A stretch of 64,000 nucleotides of DNA from Octopus bimaculoides (taxonomy: Eukaryota), in NCBI RefSeq assembly GCF_001194135.2, contig NC_068982.1, forward strand, positions 87,389,309-87,453,308. Direction: 5' to 3'. This document shows positions 1 to 12,397 of the stretch, piece after piece. A program made the translations under genes and the position numbers. The notes beneath the pieces were generated by a model that saw only the letters and a list, made by a program, of their open reading frames with translations, was not told the DNA's origin and ran no database searches. How positions within the stretch are numbered: the stretch's first letter is position 1; the number at the start of each line of letters is the position of its first letter.

Positions 1-48
1 TTCTTTTTTTGCTTCTATATCTTCTGGAGGAGTTACCTCTGTCCTATA

Positions 49-110
<62 letters not shown>

Positions 111-111
<1 letters not shown>

Positions 112-305
112 CCTTGAAATTTTGGGGGAGGGGACTAGTTGATTATATTGACTCCAGTGTTTCACTGGTACTTAATTTATTGACCCCAAAAGGATGAAAG
201 ACAAAGTTGACCTTGGCAGAATTTGAACCAAGAACATAAAGACAGACAAAATAGAACTAAGCATTTCGCCTGCTATGCTAATCATCCTACCAGCTCGCCA
301 CCTTA
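111..305 (-). repeat. SINE family A copy (core GAGTTCAAATTC...GTCAACTTTG..TTTCATCC...ATAAGTACCAG)
   Basis: Same core recurs at approx. 979-1190(-), 4849-5062(+), 17321-17525(+), 17549-17730(+), 53445-53850(-, two copies), 57560-57710(-), 57750-57900(+), 60533-60735(+), 60760-60960(+), 62655-62880(+), 63140-63260(-); boundaries approximate. Confidence 0.8.
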
Positions 306-333
306 AATAATAATAATAATAAAAATAATAATG

Positions 334-392
<59 letters not shown>

Positions 393-394
<2 letters not shown>

Positions 395-950
395 TGCCCT
401 GATGCAGTACCAGGCACTGGCTCTCATAACTTCTGATCTTAACTGATTAGAAGTGTGACCATGCACATGTTTTGTCTTGGTATAAAAGATGGGCTACAGC
501 AAATATTCTGCTCAGTACCACACATTTGCTTGTCAGTTGCTTGATCTTAACCAGTCAAGCATGTCCCTTGGTGGCTGATGATATGTGCATCTCTGATCAC
601 AAGCAGAAGTAGTGGGGAGCATCATAGCCATGTGTTGAGAGAAATTCTTTGGGGTTTGAATTATTCACCTCTGGAAACATGGGTATTTCATTCAACATCT
701 TTAAACGAACTTTATTCAGTGAACTTTTGAGTGGAATGGGCTACTCGACTTGAAGAAAATTCTAACTGGGCCCCACCTGCAAGGTCATGTGCTGTTTATC
801 TTGATATGAGATCACCATGTTGCGCACATATGGTTGTGATGCATGTGCCTGGTATACCCTTATCAGATGGGTAGTCATGATGGGTATGTTGAGCTTTGTA
901 TATTTGTACCTCAGTAACACTTTGATGGCATGCACTGGTCTCTCACGCAA
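393..950. repeat. Interspersed repeat of about 560 bp flanked on both sides by (AAT)n; class unresolved
   Basis: Complex sequence bounded by AAT microsatellites, no convincing ORF. Confidence 0.5.
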
Positions 951-1208
951 TAATAATGATAATAATAATAATAATAATGGTTTAAAATTTTGCCACAAGG
1001 ACAGCAATTTTGGGGGAGGGGATGAGTTGAAAATACTGAGCCCGGCATTCAACTGGTACTTATTTTATTGAACTTGAGAGGATGAAAGAAAAAGACAACC
1101 TTGGTGGAATTTGAGCTTAGAACATAGCAACGGGCAAAATACTGCTAAGCGTTTTGTCCAGTGCACTAATGATTCTGCCAGCTCGCTACCTTATATAATA
1201 ATAATGAT

Positions 1209-1270
<62 letters not shown>

Positions 1271-1271
<1 letters not shown>

Positions 1272-2915
1272 CCTTTCCTGCTTGGCACTGATGCCTTTAA
1301 CTGACATGCTAAGCAGAACTGGATGTGGCTACAAATGCTAGAGAAAAACAATCAACCATCTCTTGTATATGGATGATCTAAAACCGTATGTTGCAAAGGA
1401 TAAACAACTGGAAACATTACTACAGACAGTGCATAGATTTAACAAAGAAATAAACATGAAATTTACCTTAGAAAAATGAGCCAAAGCAACTTTGAAAAGA
1501 GGAAAACTAGTTAAGAGTAACAATATCCCACTAGATAAAGCAAATAAAATAAGAGAATGAGACCAAAGCCAGACATACAAATACTTATGAATCAATGATC
1601 CAGACATGGCACAACACACAAATAAAAGCGAAGATAAGGAAGGAATATCATAGACAAGTTAGATTAATACTTAAAACAGAGCTCAATGCAGAAAACATGA
1701 TAATAGGTATCAACACTCTGGCTTCCCTGGTAATAAGTTACAGTTACAATATCCTTATTTGGACTCTAAATGAACTAACCAAACTAGACAGGAAAACAAA
1801 GAAAAAATAATGAAAGAATTTAGGATGCATCACCCAAAATCTGACATAGAAAGAGTATATGCACAATGAATTGAAGATAATACAGGCCTTATACAACTAC
1901 AAAACTATTATAAAATAACCATCATAGGATTACAGAAATATCTAATTCAGAAGCAAAGGAAACTGGTACAAAATACAAACAAAACAAAACACTGTTTTCT
2001 GTCTTTAAGGAAGCTACAAAATACAACAAAGAAGTCATTGTATCTGACAGCTATGAAAAAAAAAGAAGAAACAAAAGCTGTAAAACAACTGAAATCCAAA
2101 CTGAAACTGGAACAGCAAAATACCATGATAAAACGATGGCAAGAAAAGCCCTTACATTACAAATACTGGGACATGCTAAACAGAAAAGAAATAGACAAAG
2201 TAAAGAATTGTTGAGAAGCTCAAGAATCAAAGCAAAGACTGAAGGGTTTTTAATTGCAATACAACCAGAAATCACCAAAAACATAATATGAATATGTGGT
2301 GATGGGGAAGAAACAATAAATCATACTGTCTCTAGCGGTTCAGTTCTGGCTAAGAAAGAATATATTCACAGACATGACAGAGATGGGACCTATATACACT
2401 GGAAGCTATGACAGCAGGAAAAAGATGGTATAGATATACCCCAGAAAAGATCTCAAAAAATGACAAAGCAACCATACTCTGGGATATGCCAATACACACA
2501 GATAGAGAAATCAAGGCTAATAGACTGGACATAGTTGTCAGAGATCATCAAGAAAAAAAAATGCTTTCTAATTGATGTATTAAACCCAGCAGATAACAAA
2601 ATACTCTCAAAATACAAAGATCTAGAAATAGAGATAACCTGAATGTGGAGCCTAAAAACAAACAATCCCAATAATGGTAGATGCATTGGACATGATTAAA
2701 AAAACATTCAGACAAATACATAACAAAAGCACCAGGATTTATGAATATAAATAACACTCAGACAAAAGCACTACTAGGCACTGTGCACATCCTACAGAAA
2801 ACACTTTTAATACAGTGAAAATAACAGCACCAAAACAAACTATAGCACATACCCAAGGCACACAGAACTGCATTCAGTAGTGCAGTGAAAGCATGTGATA
2901 AAAATAAGACTACTG
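1271..2915 (+). mobile_element. 5'-truncated, decayed R4/Dong-clade non-LTR retrotransposon (RT 3' half, zinc finger, restriction-like endonuclease)
   Basis: Translated fragments LALMPL...INHLLYMDDLK, MKFTLEK, YKYL, CGDGEETINH, HRHD, ILWDMPIHTDREIKANRLDIVV (PD..D-type RLE); many stops and frameshifts; starts directly after a (TAA)n tract. Confidence 0.85.
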
Positions 2916-3219
2916 AATAATAGCAATCCTGTCTACTATAGACACCAAAAAGATGAAGTTAGCTTCAGTGGAATTTGAACTCAGAAAGTTTATGAATCAG
3001 AAAAAATGCCATTAAATATTTTGTTTCTGCTAGCTTCCTACTGTTGGAAAGTGAGCATCTTCTATATGTCTTGCCAAGTACCAATTGCAAAACTCCACTC
3101 TGAAAAGAGGTTTCCATAAAAAAATTAAATTCTGTCTGTAATGATAATAAAAAAAAGTATATTAATAATAATAATAAGAAGAAGAAGAAGAAGAAGAATC
3201 ATGATAAGTATAATAATGA

Positions 3220-3275
<56 letters not shown>

Positions 3276-3629
3276 ACAACAACAACAACAGCAACTTAAA
3301 ATGTTAAATTCTTTGACTCATACTATGTGAATGTATAAAACTGGTTTATGCTTTAAATTTTTTTTTCCATTCTGTTTCCTATGACATAAGCTGTAGTAGT
3401 TGCCCCTAGCTACTGCATCAATAATAGCTTACCTTGTTCATTGTCTATGATTTAAAATTCTTTAGAAAATCTCTTGATTGAAATTGGAAAGTAAAAAGGA
3501 AAAAAAAACTTTAATTAAACATATGTGTGTGTGATGGAATGAGAGTTAATGAAATGTAGAGTCTTAAATTTGAACATCTAAACATAGAACAAAACAAAAA
3601 CTAAAAAGAAAAACCTAATTTTCTTTCAG

Positions 3630-3724
3630 CTGTGGTTTCTGAAACTGCTGTTAATGAAGAAGATAAATCTACACCAGAAGGAAATGAAAGCGTTGAAGGA
3701 GATTCTGCAAAAGAGAATTTTGAG
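3630..3724 (+). CDS. DNAI1: DNAI1 exon, acidic low-complexity region ([11 protein letters not shown]...KENFE), phase 1 to 0
   Basis: ttctttcag acceptor and gtaaac donor; joins the next exon in frame; weakly conserved region. Confidence 0.75.
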
Positions 3725-6700
3725 GTAAACCCCACAGTAGAAAAATACTACATAGCTCAGTGGTTAGAGCACCAGGCTCACAATCATGAGGTAGTGAGTT
3801 TGATTCCTGGACCAGGTTGTGTGTTGGGTTCTTGAGCAAGACACTTTATTTCCCATTGCCTCCAGTCTACTCAGCTGTAGAACTGAGTTGTGACATGACT
3901 GGGGACGAGCTGTATTGGCCTTTGCCTTTCCCTTGGATAAAATCAGTGGCAGGGAGAGGAGAGGCTGGTATGCATGGGTGACTGCTGGTCTTCCATAAAC
4001 AACCTTGCCCAGACTTATGCCTCTGAGGGTAACTTTCTAGGTGCAATTCCATGATCGTTCATGACCCAAGGGGATCTTTTTTATGTTTTATAGATGTATG
4101 GGTGTGGGTGTGTTTGTAAATGTGTGTGTTTGTGTGTGTGTGTTACCATATTTTTTCATGTTGACAGCATTTGAACAACAGATCTCTTGAGTAATGTTGC
4201 TTGACAGGATGTATAGTTTGGAGATCTGGAAGAAGCCTCTCTAGGCTGAACTGCTACACCTCCGCATTGAAAGATCACTGCTCTGTTACTATGGACATGT
4301 GATTAGAATGTCACAGGAATAGATCGTAAGACAGTTTCTTCAAGAGGTACCAAGCGAAAGGTGACCTAGGGGTAGACCAAGATTAAGATGGTTGGATAAT
4401 GTCCATAGTTTCAGTTGGTCACATTAGGGAATCCAGCTGAAAAATGCAATAAGCGTTGTTTCTTATAGGACCCTATGGAGGAGGTATACTAGGATTCTAC
4501 TCCCTACAACCCTCCTAGGAATAGTGAGTGGAAAAAGTGGATGGATAGATGTTTATGTATCAAGTGGGACAATACATTCCATAGTTTTATTGTTTCATTT
4601 GTTTTGATATGAAATTCAGAGAAATAAAAATACCATATTTGGAAGACAGTTAAGGATTAGCATTGATGATGATGAAGTGCATCAAGACAAATAATGATGT
4701 TTTAATAACAGTCAAATCCATGCTTGCATGGAAATGATGATGATGATGATGATGTTTGTGTATGTGTGTGTGTATTTGATGATACAAGCAGGAAAAAAAA
4801 AATCAAAAGATAAGCATATATATTTTTTATTGTTAATTGGCAGAGCAAGGCAGTGAGCTGGTAGAATCGTTAGCAAGCTGGGCAAGATCCTTAGCAGCAT
4901 TTTGTCTGGCTTTATGTTATAAGTTCAAATTCTACTGAGGTCAACTTTGTCTTTCACCCTTTTGGAATAAAATAAGGACCAGTTGAACATTGAGGTTGAT
5001 GGAATCAACTTAGCTCCTCTCTAAAAATTGCTGGCCTTGTACCAAAATTTGAAACCGCTATTAATTTGCAGACTTCACATGAAGCCCTTGGCTCTTGCGT
5101 CCCTTTGCAATTGCTACTGATTAATAATAATTTGTATGTGTGCGAATTTTCTATGGTGAATTTTCTATGGCAAATTTTCTATGGTTGGATGCCCTTCCTG
5201 TTGCCAACCCTTGCTTGGTTCCCGCTATGATAATATTTCCACGTGGTTGGTTATGTTTTCAAGTAAGACTGAAAACAAAGGACATTGCTTGTCTGATGGT
5301 GAAACTTGTTTATAACTATCACACAATGTCAAAACAAAGTGAAACAAACACACACCTACACATACACTCACATAGAAGAGAGAGAAAAAGAGAATGAAAG
5401 AGAGAATGAGAGAGAGATTATTTATTTTGATTTTTGTTCACCTCAAATCTTCCTTCGAAATTTTACTTATTTCCATAGTTTCTATTTATATAGAATTGTT
5501 GTTTATCTACTTTTCTGGTCTCTGATTTTCTCAGAACACTTCTAAAATTCTCCAAATTTCCTTTAATTTCTTTAAAATTTTAAAAATTTATACCCATCCT
5601 CAGTTTTTCATGTTTTGCATTGTATTGCTTTATTTTCTTTTGTTGATATTTTTTGAACCAGTTTTTTTTTCTTCAGACATAATGTTTCTAAACTACATTC
5701 TCAAATTTATCCTCCTTTTTTTAAATTCAAAGGAGCTCTGATTTTAAAGATATTTAGCTGTTATCTCTAGCTGGTTGAGCAAACCACATAACAGTTCCTT
5801 CATTGGTTCAGAGTACTGCCAATATAGTGAAGATGGTCAAAGCAGCAGCTTTATAAATTACAGTATTTACTTAAATCTTGTTTTTATGTTTGATTTACTT
5901 TGGAGTCTAGTTTGCTTTTCCTGTACTTCACTCCCACAGGAAATAAGTATCACTAATATGCTTTAATCATTTCAGTCGAATATTTAGCTATAAATGGAAA
6001 CAAATCATTTTATAGTATAGCTACTAACTATTAACAATGCATAATATTCTTGTCATCCAAGATTATTCATTTATTTCAGGTAATAACACCAGAAGAACCT
6101 GTAGCATCACCAGCAAAAGGAAAATTGACAAACCAGTTTAATTTCAGTGAAAGAGCTTCTCAAACCTATAACAATCCTATACGGGTTAGTCATAAAATTA
6201 ATGGTTATCTGATTGCTTTTAACTATTGTATTCAAACTGGCCAAAGCTGGTTGCTATAAAGATAGTGACATTTGTTGAGACTGTGTACAAAGCTGGTTTT
6301 GATGGAAGATTATCTTTGATCGCTGGTAAACTGTTACCAAATCATAAGAGACATCACATTAAGTAGAGATTATTTAATCAACTGTTTTCTTCATCAAATC
6401 TATAACCTTGTGCTTACTAATAATAATGCTAATGAAATCTTCATTAATATTATCAATACTGTAGGTGATGAACCAGTAGAGTTGTTAGAGTGTCAGATGG
6501 AATGACTTATGGTATTAGTTCTGATCCTGTGTGCTCTGAATTCAAATTTCACCAAGGTCAACTTTGCCTTTCTTCTTTTTAGAGTCCATAAAAAAATAAT
6601 ACCAATCTGTGATGTACATTGTTGAAACCAGTATTTGTTCAAGTTCTTTGTGTTCTGAATTCAAACTCAACAATGGCTTACTTGGGTGGTATACTTAACC

Positions 6701-9700
6701 TAGTTCCCCATTTAACATCACCTTGAATGGGTTACTTTCAGCAGAGTCCAGTTTATTGCAAGCATTTGGGCCAGTTCTCAAGTTTGAGGATGCTTTCTCC
6801 CTCCCAAAAGTCTTGAAGGGTCTATAAAGAGTCATGGACTTTGCCTTCTCCACTCCTAACTAAAACATAAGAAAAAAAATTCCTTCTTTATATTCTATAA
6901 CCTATTGTCATGAAGATGTGTTGTGAATATATACATTTTGTTTTCATTATTAGACTAATGATCCCCTGAAGAATATAGTTTTGTGTAGTTATTGTCTTCA
7001 TGCTGTTGAAGAGGACAGCATGTTATACACCCCATTGAGACAATAAGTAGAAACTGGAAAGGAATGAAGTGAACTTGATGTGTTAGATGTATAATGTTAA
7101 TCTGCATGAAAAGCCAACACAAGTAATAAAACTAGTGGCTTGGCATAAGGCATCAACCACACTGTGTTGCAAAAATTACTACTCTAATATAGACTTGTGT
7201 TGTGAATGAACTATGGACGCTGATTAGCTCTTATGTTATCATATGTTTGCTGAAATACACTGCTTTTGTTTAAATAAATTTTTGAAATAATGACAATGTC
7301 ATTATTAAGCAGGTGTTTGGAACAATGAAATATTGATAGCAGATATTGATTTAGTTCACTTTAGGGAGTTTGTGTCATAAAACCAGGGTATGTCTTGGGA
7401 GGGGTAGTATGAAAAGGATTTAAAACAAGGGATGCATCATATTGATAATGGTTAGCTATGGAATATGAAGACTGAGAAAGATATAGAAAAATGTAATGAA
7501 CTCAGATCTTAGTGCTGAGTTTCACAGATAAAACAAAGACCAATGGGAGTGACATTATGTTGTATGACAGTCAGCTAATACCACAATGGAAAAGCAATAA
7601 AACATTGATGGTGTTGTGCAGCCAGGTCAACTCTGATTGCATAGATAGATGATCAAAGTCATTCTAGTTATGGCCAGTCCGTGCTTTTAATAGCTTTTAT
7701 CATCCAATATGCTGTTGCCTTTCCTAACATGATAAGGTGATTTGAGGAAAATTTGGTAGCTTCTAGCAGGTTGAGTGACCAAGTAGAGTGTGGTAATGAC
7801 AATAACATATGTGACTCTCTTTGTGTATATGTATGTGTGGTTTTATTTTGAGGCACCATATTTAGTCCAATATTCTTATGCAGGATGCTGGAACTATGAC
7901 AGAACCACCACCAAAAGTCAGATTTTCATCTAATGTTAGCCAGTGGGAAATATTTGATGCTTATATTGAAGATTTTGAAAAACAGGTAATCTTTGTTTTA
8001 CTAACTTATTTGGTGAAAATACCTAGAAGGGAAAACCCTAGATTCCCACTTATATAACCCATTACCCACCCTGTTATCTATTCAACTTTCTTCTTCCTCT
8101 TTTTCTCGACCCTGTCACTAATCTTTTCCCTCTCCCTTGCTCCTTGCTGTAGATCTAGGGTATAAAATTTAAAAAATGCACACTTTGTGCAGGAGTGGCT
8201 GTGTGGTAAGAAGCTTGCTTCCCAACCACATGGTTCGAGATTCAGTCCCACTGCATGGCATCTTGAGCAAGTGTCTTCTATCATAGCTTTGAGCTGACCA
8301 AAGCCTTGTGAGTGGATTTGGTAGACAGAAACTGAAAGTAGCCTGTCATATATATNNNNNNNNNNNNNNNNNNNNNNNNNNNNNNNNNNNNNNNNNNNNN
8401 NNNNNNNNNNNNNNNNNNNNNNNNNNNNNNNNNNNNNNNNNNNNNNNNNNNNNNNNNNNNNNNNNNNNNNNNNNNNNNNNNNNNNNNNNNNNNNNNNNNN
8501 NNNNNNNNNNNNNNNNNNNNNNNNNNNNNNNNNNNNNNNNNNNNNNNNNNNNNNNNNNNNNNNNNNNNNNNNNNNNNNNNNNNNNNNNNNNNNNNNNNNN
8601 NNNNNNNNNNNNNNNNNNNNNNNNNNNNNNNNNNNNNNNNNNNNNNNNNNNNNNNNNNNNNNNNNNNNNNNNNNNNNNNNNNNNNNNNNNNNNNNNNNNN
8701 NNNNNNNNNNNNNNNNNNNNNNNNNNNNNNNNNNNNNNNNNNNNNNNNNNNNNNNNNNNNNNNNNNNNNNNNNNNNNNNNNNNNNNNNNNNNNNNNNNNN
8801 NNNNNNNNNNNNNNNNNNNNNNNNNNNNNNNNNNNNNNNNNNNNNNNNNNNNNNNNNNNNNNNNNNNNNNNNNNNNNNNGTTTCAGTCATTTGACTGTGG
8901 CCATGCTGGAGCACTGCCTTTTAGTCGAGCAAATCGACCCCAGGACTTATTCTTTGGAAGACTAGTACTTATTCTATCGGTCTCTTTTGTCGAACCGCTA
9001 AATTATGGGGACGTAAACACACCAGCATCGGTTGTCAAGCGATGTTGGGGGGGACAAACACAGACACACAAACACATATATATATACATATATACAACGG
9101 GCTTTTTTCAGTTTCCGTCTACCAAATCCACTCACAAGGCTTTGGTCGGCCCGAGGCTATAGTAGAAGACACTTGCCCAAGGTGCCACGCAGTGGGACTG
9201 AACCTGGAACCATGTGGTTGGTAAGCAAGCTACTTACCACACAGCCACTATTTTTCATTTAGGCGAATAGTTTTCTTCTGATTGAAGATAAAGGTACTAA
9301 TCCACAAGAAATGCATGTCCAATTCCAAAAATATAAGAGCAAAAAGTATGAGATGTTTTGGCACAGCTATTTTGGTGCTGCCTATTTGATATACTGATTC
9401 AATATTGACTTATCTGACATCGGGCATTTTAATATTTCTCTTGTTTAAGTGTTTCTCTAGTTCTTACCTCCTTCCTCATATTTGCTAAAAAAGAATAAGC
9501 TATCTTATGTTCCATTTAAATATTATTCTGTTAATAACCTGTTTCAATAATGCATTAAATCCTATCCATGTTAATGTGGGAAAAGAGTAAGAAAAGTTTG
9601 AAAGTAGAACAGCATGAGATGATTGTCATTTGTGGATTTATTTATTTTGATGTTTTTCAGCAAGAGAAAAAGGAAAAAGAGAAGAAAGGTTATGCTGGAA

Positions 9701-10606
9701 AGAAAGAAGAACAAGTTAAGAAAAAACTAACTAATATTGAATCAACAGTGAGTATATTTTCTGATATATTCTAGATTATTTTGGTTAAGATACTCTTTTA
9801 CTTGTTTCAGTCATTTGACTGTGGCCATGCTGGAGCAAATCGACCCCAGGACTTATACTTTGTAAGCCTAGTACTAATTCTATCGGTCTCTTTTGCTGAA
9901 CCGCTAAGTTTCGGGGACGTAAACAAACCAGCATCGGTTGTCAAGCGATGTTGGACACACACACACACACACACACGACAGGCTTCTTTCAGTTTCCGTC
10001 TACCAAATTTCTCTGATAAGATTCCATATTTTGTCTACCAAATTTCACTCAGAAACTGATTCAGAGTGATACATTGTGATACAAGTATCAGCAAAGCAAA
10101 CTTCTTAACCATGCCTGTACCTATGATGTCAATCCATAAAATGTTTTGGTCTTGGCATTCTTACAACTTTTTCAGTTTGGAGAAATGATTAACAAGTATT
10201 CATCATCATCATTATTGTCATCATCATTCTCTTCATCGTCGTCGTCACCAGTCATCATCATTGTCATCATCACCATCTCCTTCTCCTCCTCTTTCTCTTC
10301 CTCTTCCTCTTCCTCCTCCTCCTTCTGTTCCTCTTCTTCCTCCTCCTCCTCGTCATCATCATTGCTGTCGTCGTTGTCATCATCATCATCATCATCATTT
10401 AATGTCCACTTTTCCATGCTTGCATGGGTCAGATTGAGTTTAATGAGACAGATTTTCAACAGTTGGATGCCCTTCTTGTGAACCCTTATTTGCTTCCAAG
10501 CAAGGTAATAATCAGGCTTGTTTTCACAAAATACTGGAAAAGAAAGGACAGTCATATATAGTGATTACACAATGTCAAGACAAGGAGACACAAACATACA
10601 CACACT

Positions 10607-10638
<32 letters not shown>

Positions 10639-11684
10639 TACATACATGATGGGGTTCTTTCAGACTCCATCCACCAAATCTACTCACAGGGTTATAGAAA
10701 ACTTTTACCCAAGGTACCATACAGCAGGACTGAAATCCAAACCATGCAGTTAGGAAGAACACAGCCACATTTGCACTGCACAATAAACCAGGATCGTTCA
10801 TCTGAACATAAAGAATGTACAGATTACAATTCCTAATTCGTTTATACAATTCTTAGTCTTCAACTCTTTTACATTCTTCCATCATCTTTATCTATTTTTA
10901 CCATTTATTTTCTCACAGACTGATGACATTTCCTCTGTAAATAAAGCAGCCATGATAATAGAGAGAATGGTAAATCAGAACACTTATGATGATATTGCTC
11001 AAGGTAGAGTGAACACAATTTCTTTACTTTAAAAATATACTGCTGCTGATGCTGTTACTGCCATTTCTACTGCTTCTGTCGCTGCTGCTGCTGCTGTTCC
11101 TACTGCTTTTGTTATTGTTGTTACTGCATTTCCCAATGCTTCTGCTACTATCTCTGTTGCTTCTACTGCTTTTGCCGTCCCTATTACAGCTTTTACAAGG
11201 TGAATAATGTTTTGTAAGGTTTTTTTTAAAGCATAGTAAAAAGAAGAGGCGGAGTCAAGAGGTGTAGGGGAAATGGGGAGGAAGTAAGCATGGTTCCTGG
11301 GTTGTGATCAAACCAGAGATATGGTTATAGTATTTGTAGCAGATTGGATGTTACTAAGTTCAACAAAGGACCAATGGGTGGTATTTTATTTAACACATAC
11401 ATATACATACCTCTTTTCTATGCATACATATATATGTATATGCATGTATATATATGAGTGTGGGATAGGTCGTAACACACACATGGGTATAAAGGATAAA
11501 TATGTATCACATTCAGCTGTATATTTTTGGGAGTGCAGTTGAATACTAGTTATGCGATGATGCTTGATTGTGTACATATTTAATCCTAACACTCACAAAT
11601 TTATAATTCGGAGTATTACACTGAGGAGAACAATAGGTAAATATAACATACACATGCACATTCACACACACGCATGCATGCTTG

Positions 11685-11718
<34 letters not shown>

Positions 11719-12349
11719 GGGCTTCTTTCAGTTTCAGGCAACCGAATCCTCTCACAAAGTTTTGGTTACTCTGGAGCTATAGTAGAAGACACTTCCCCCA
11801 ATGTGTCATGCAAGGAAATTGAACCCCAAACCACATGGTAAAGAAGTGAACTTCTTAACCACACAGCCATGCCAGTGTCTGTTCTACAAAGTTTTCTTTT
11901 TTTTTTTTTATTATTTTCACTAATTATAGATTTCAAATATTGGGAAGATGGTTCAGATGAATTCCGTGATCTTGAAGGAACTCTTTTACCATTATGGAAA
12001 TTTTCTTTTGATAAAGCCAAGCACTTGACAGTAACTTCTCTTTGTTGGAATCCCAAATACAAAGACTTGTTTGCTGTGTCTTTTGGATCATGTAAGTAAT
12101 CTTGGAATTCTGTTCCACCGTTTCAAATGCATTTTGGCAAATTCATGGTACCATTGTTGTTCTTGTTTAGCTTCAACTCAGTTCTAACTGATCATTCCAG
12201 CAGTGATCACTCCAGCTTGATTGAGGTGGGGGGACATAGTGTATCTAAGAATACATTACTGGATGTGTCCTTCATTTTACAAAACTGTAGGTTTTATTTG
12301 AGTGAAATTTAGCAAAGTAAGGTGGTTGTATGGCTTATAAAATAACTAG

Positions 12350-12397
<48 letters not shown>

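Noticed and set aside
715-790. Possible HDV-like double pseudoknot on the minus strand of the 393-950 repeat
   Set aside because: The L3 loop is too long, there is no CC/GG P1.1, and P2 pairs poorly in this copy.
1-3629. Additional 5' DNAI1 exons
   Set aside because: No segment resembling the conserved N-terminus (NNPHAPQNI and similar) was found; it is presumed to lie upstream of the window.
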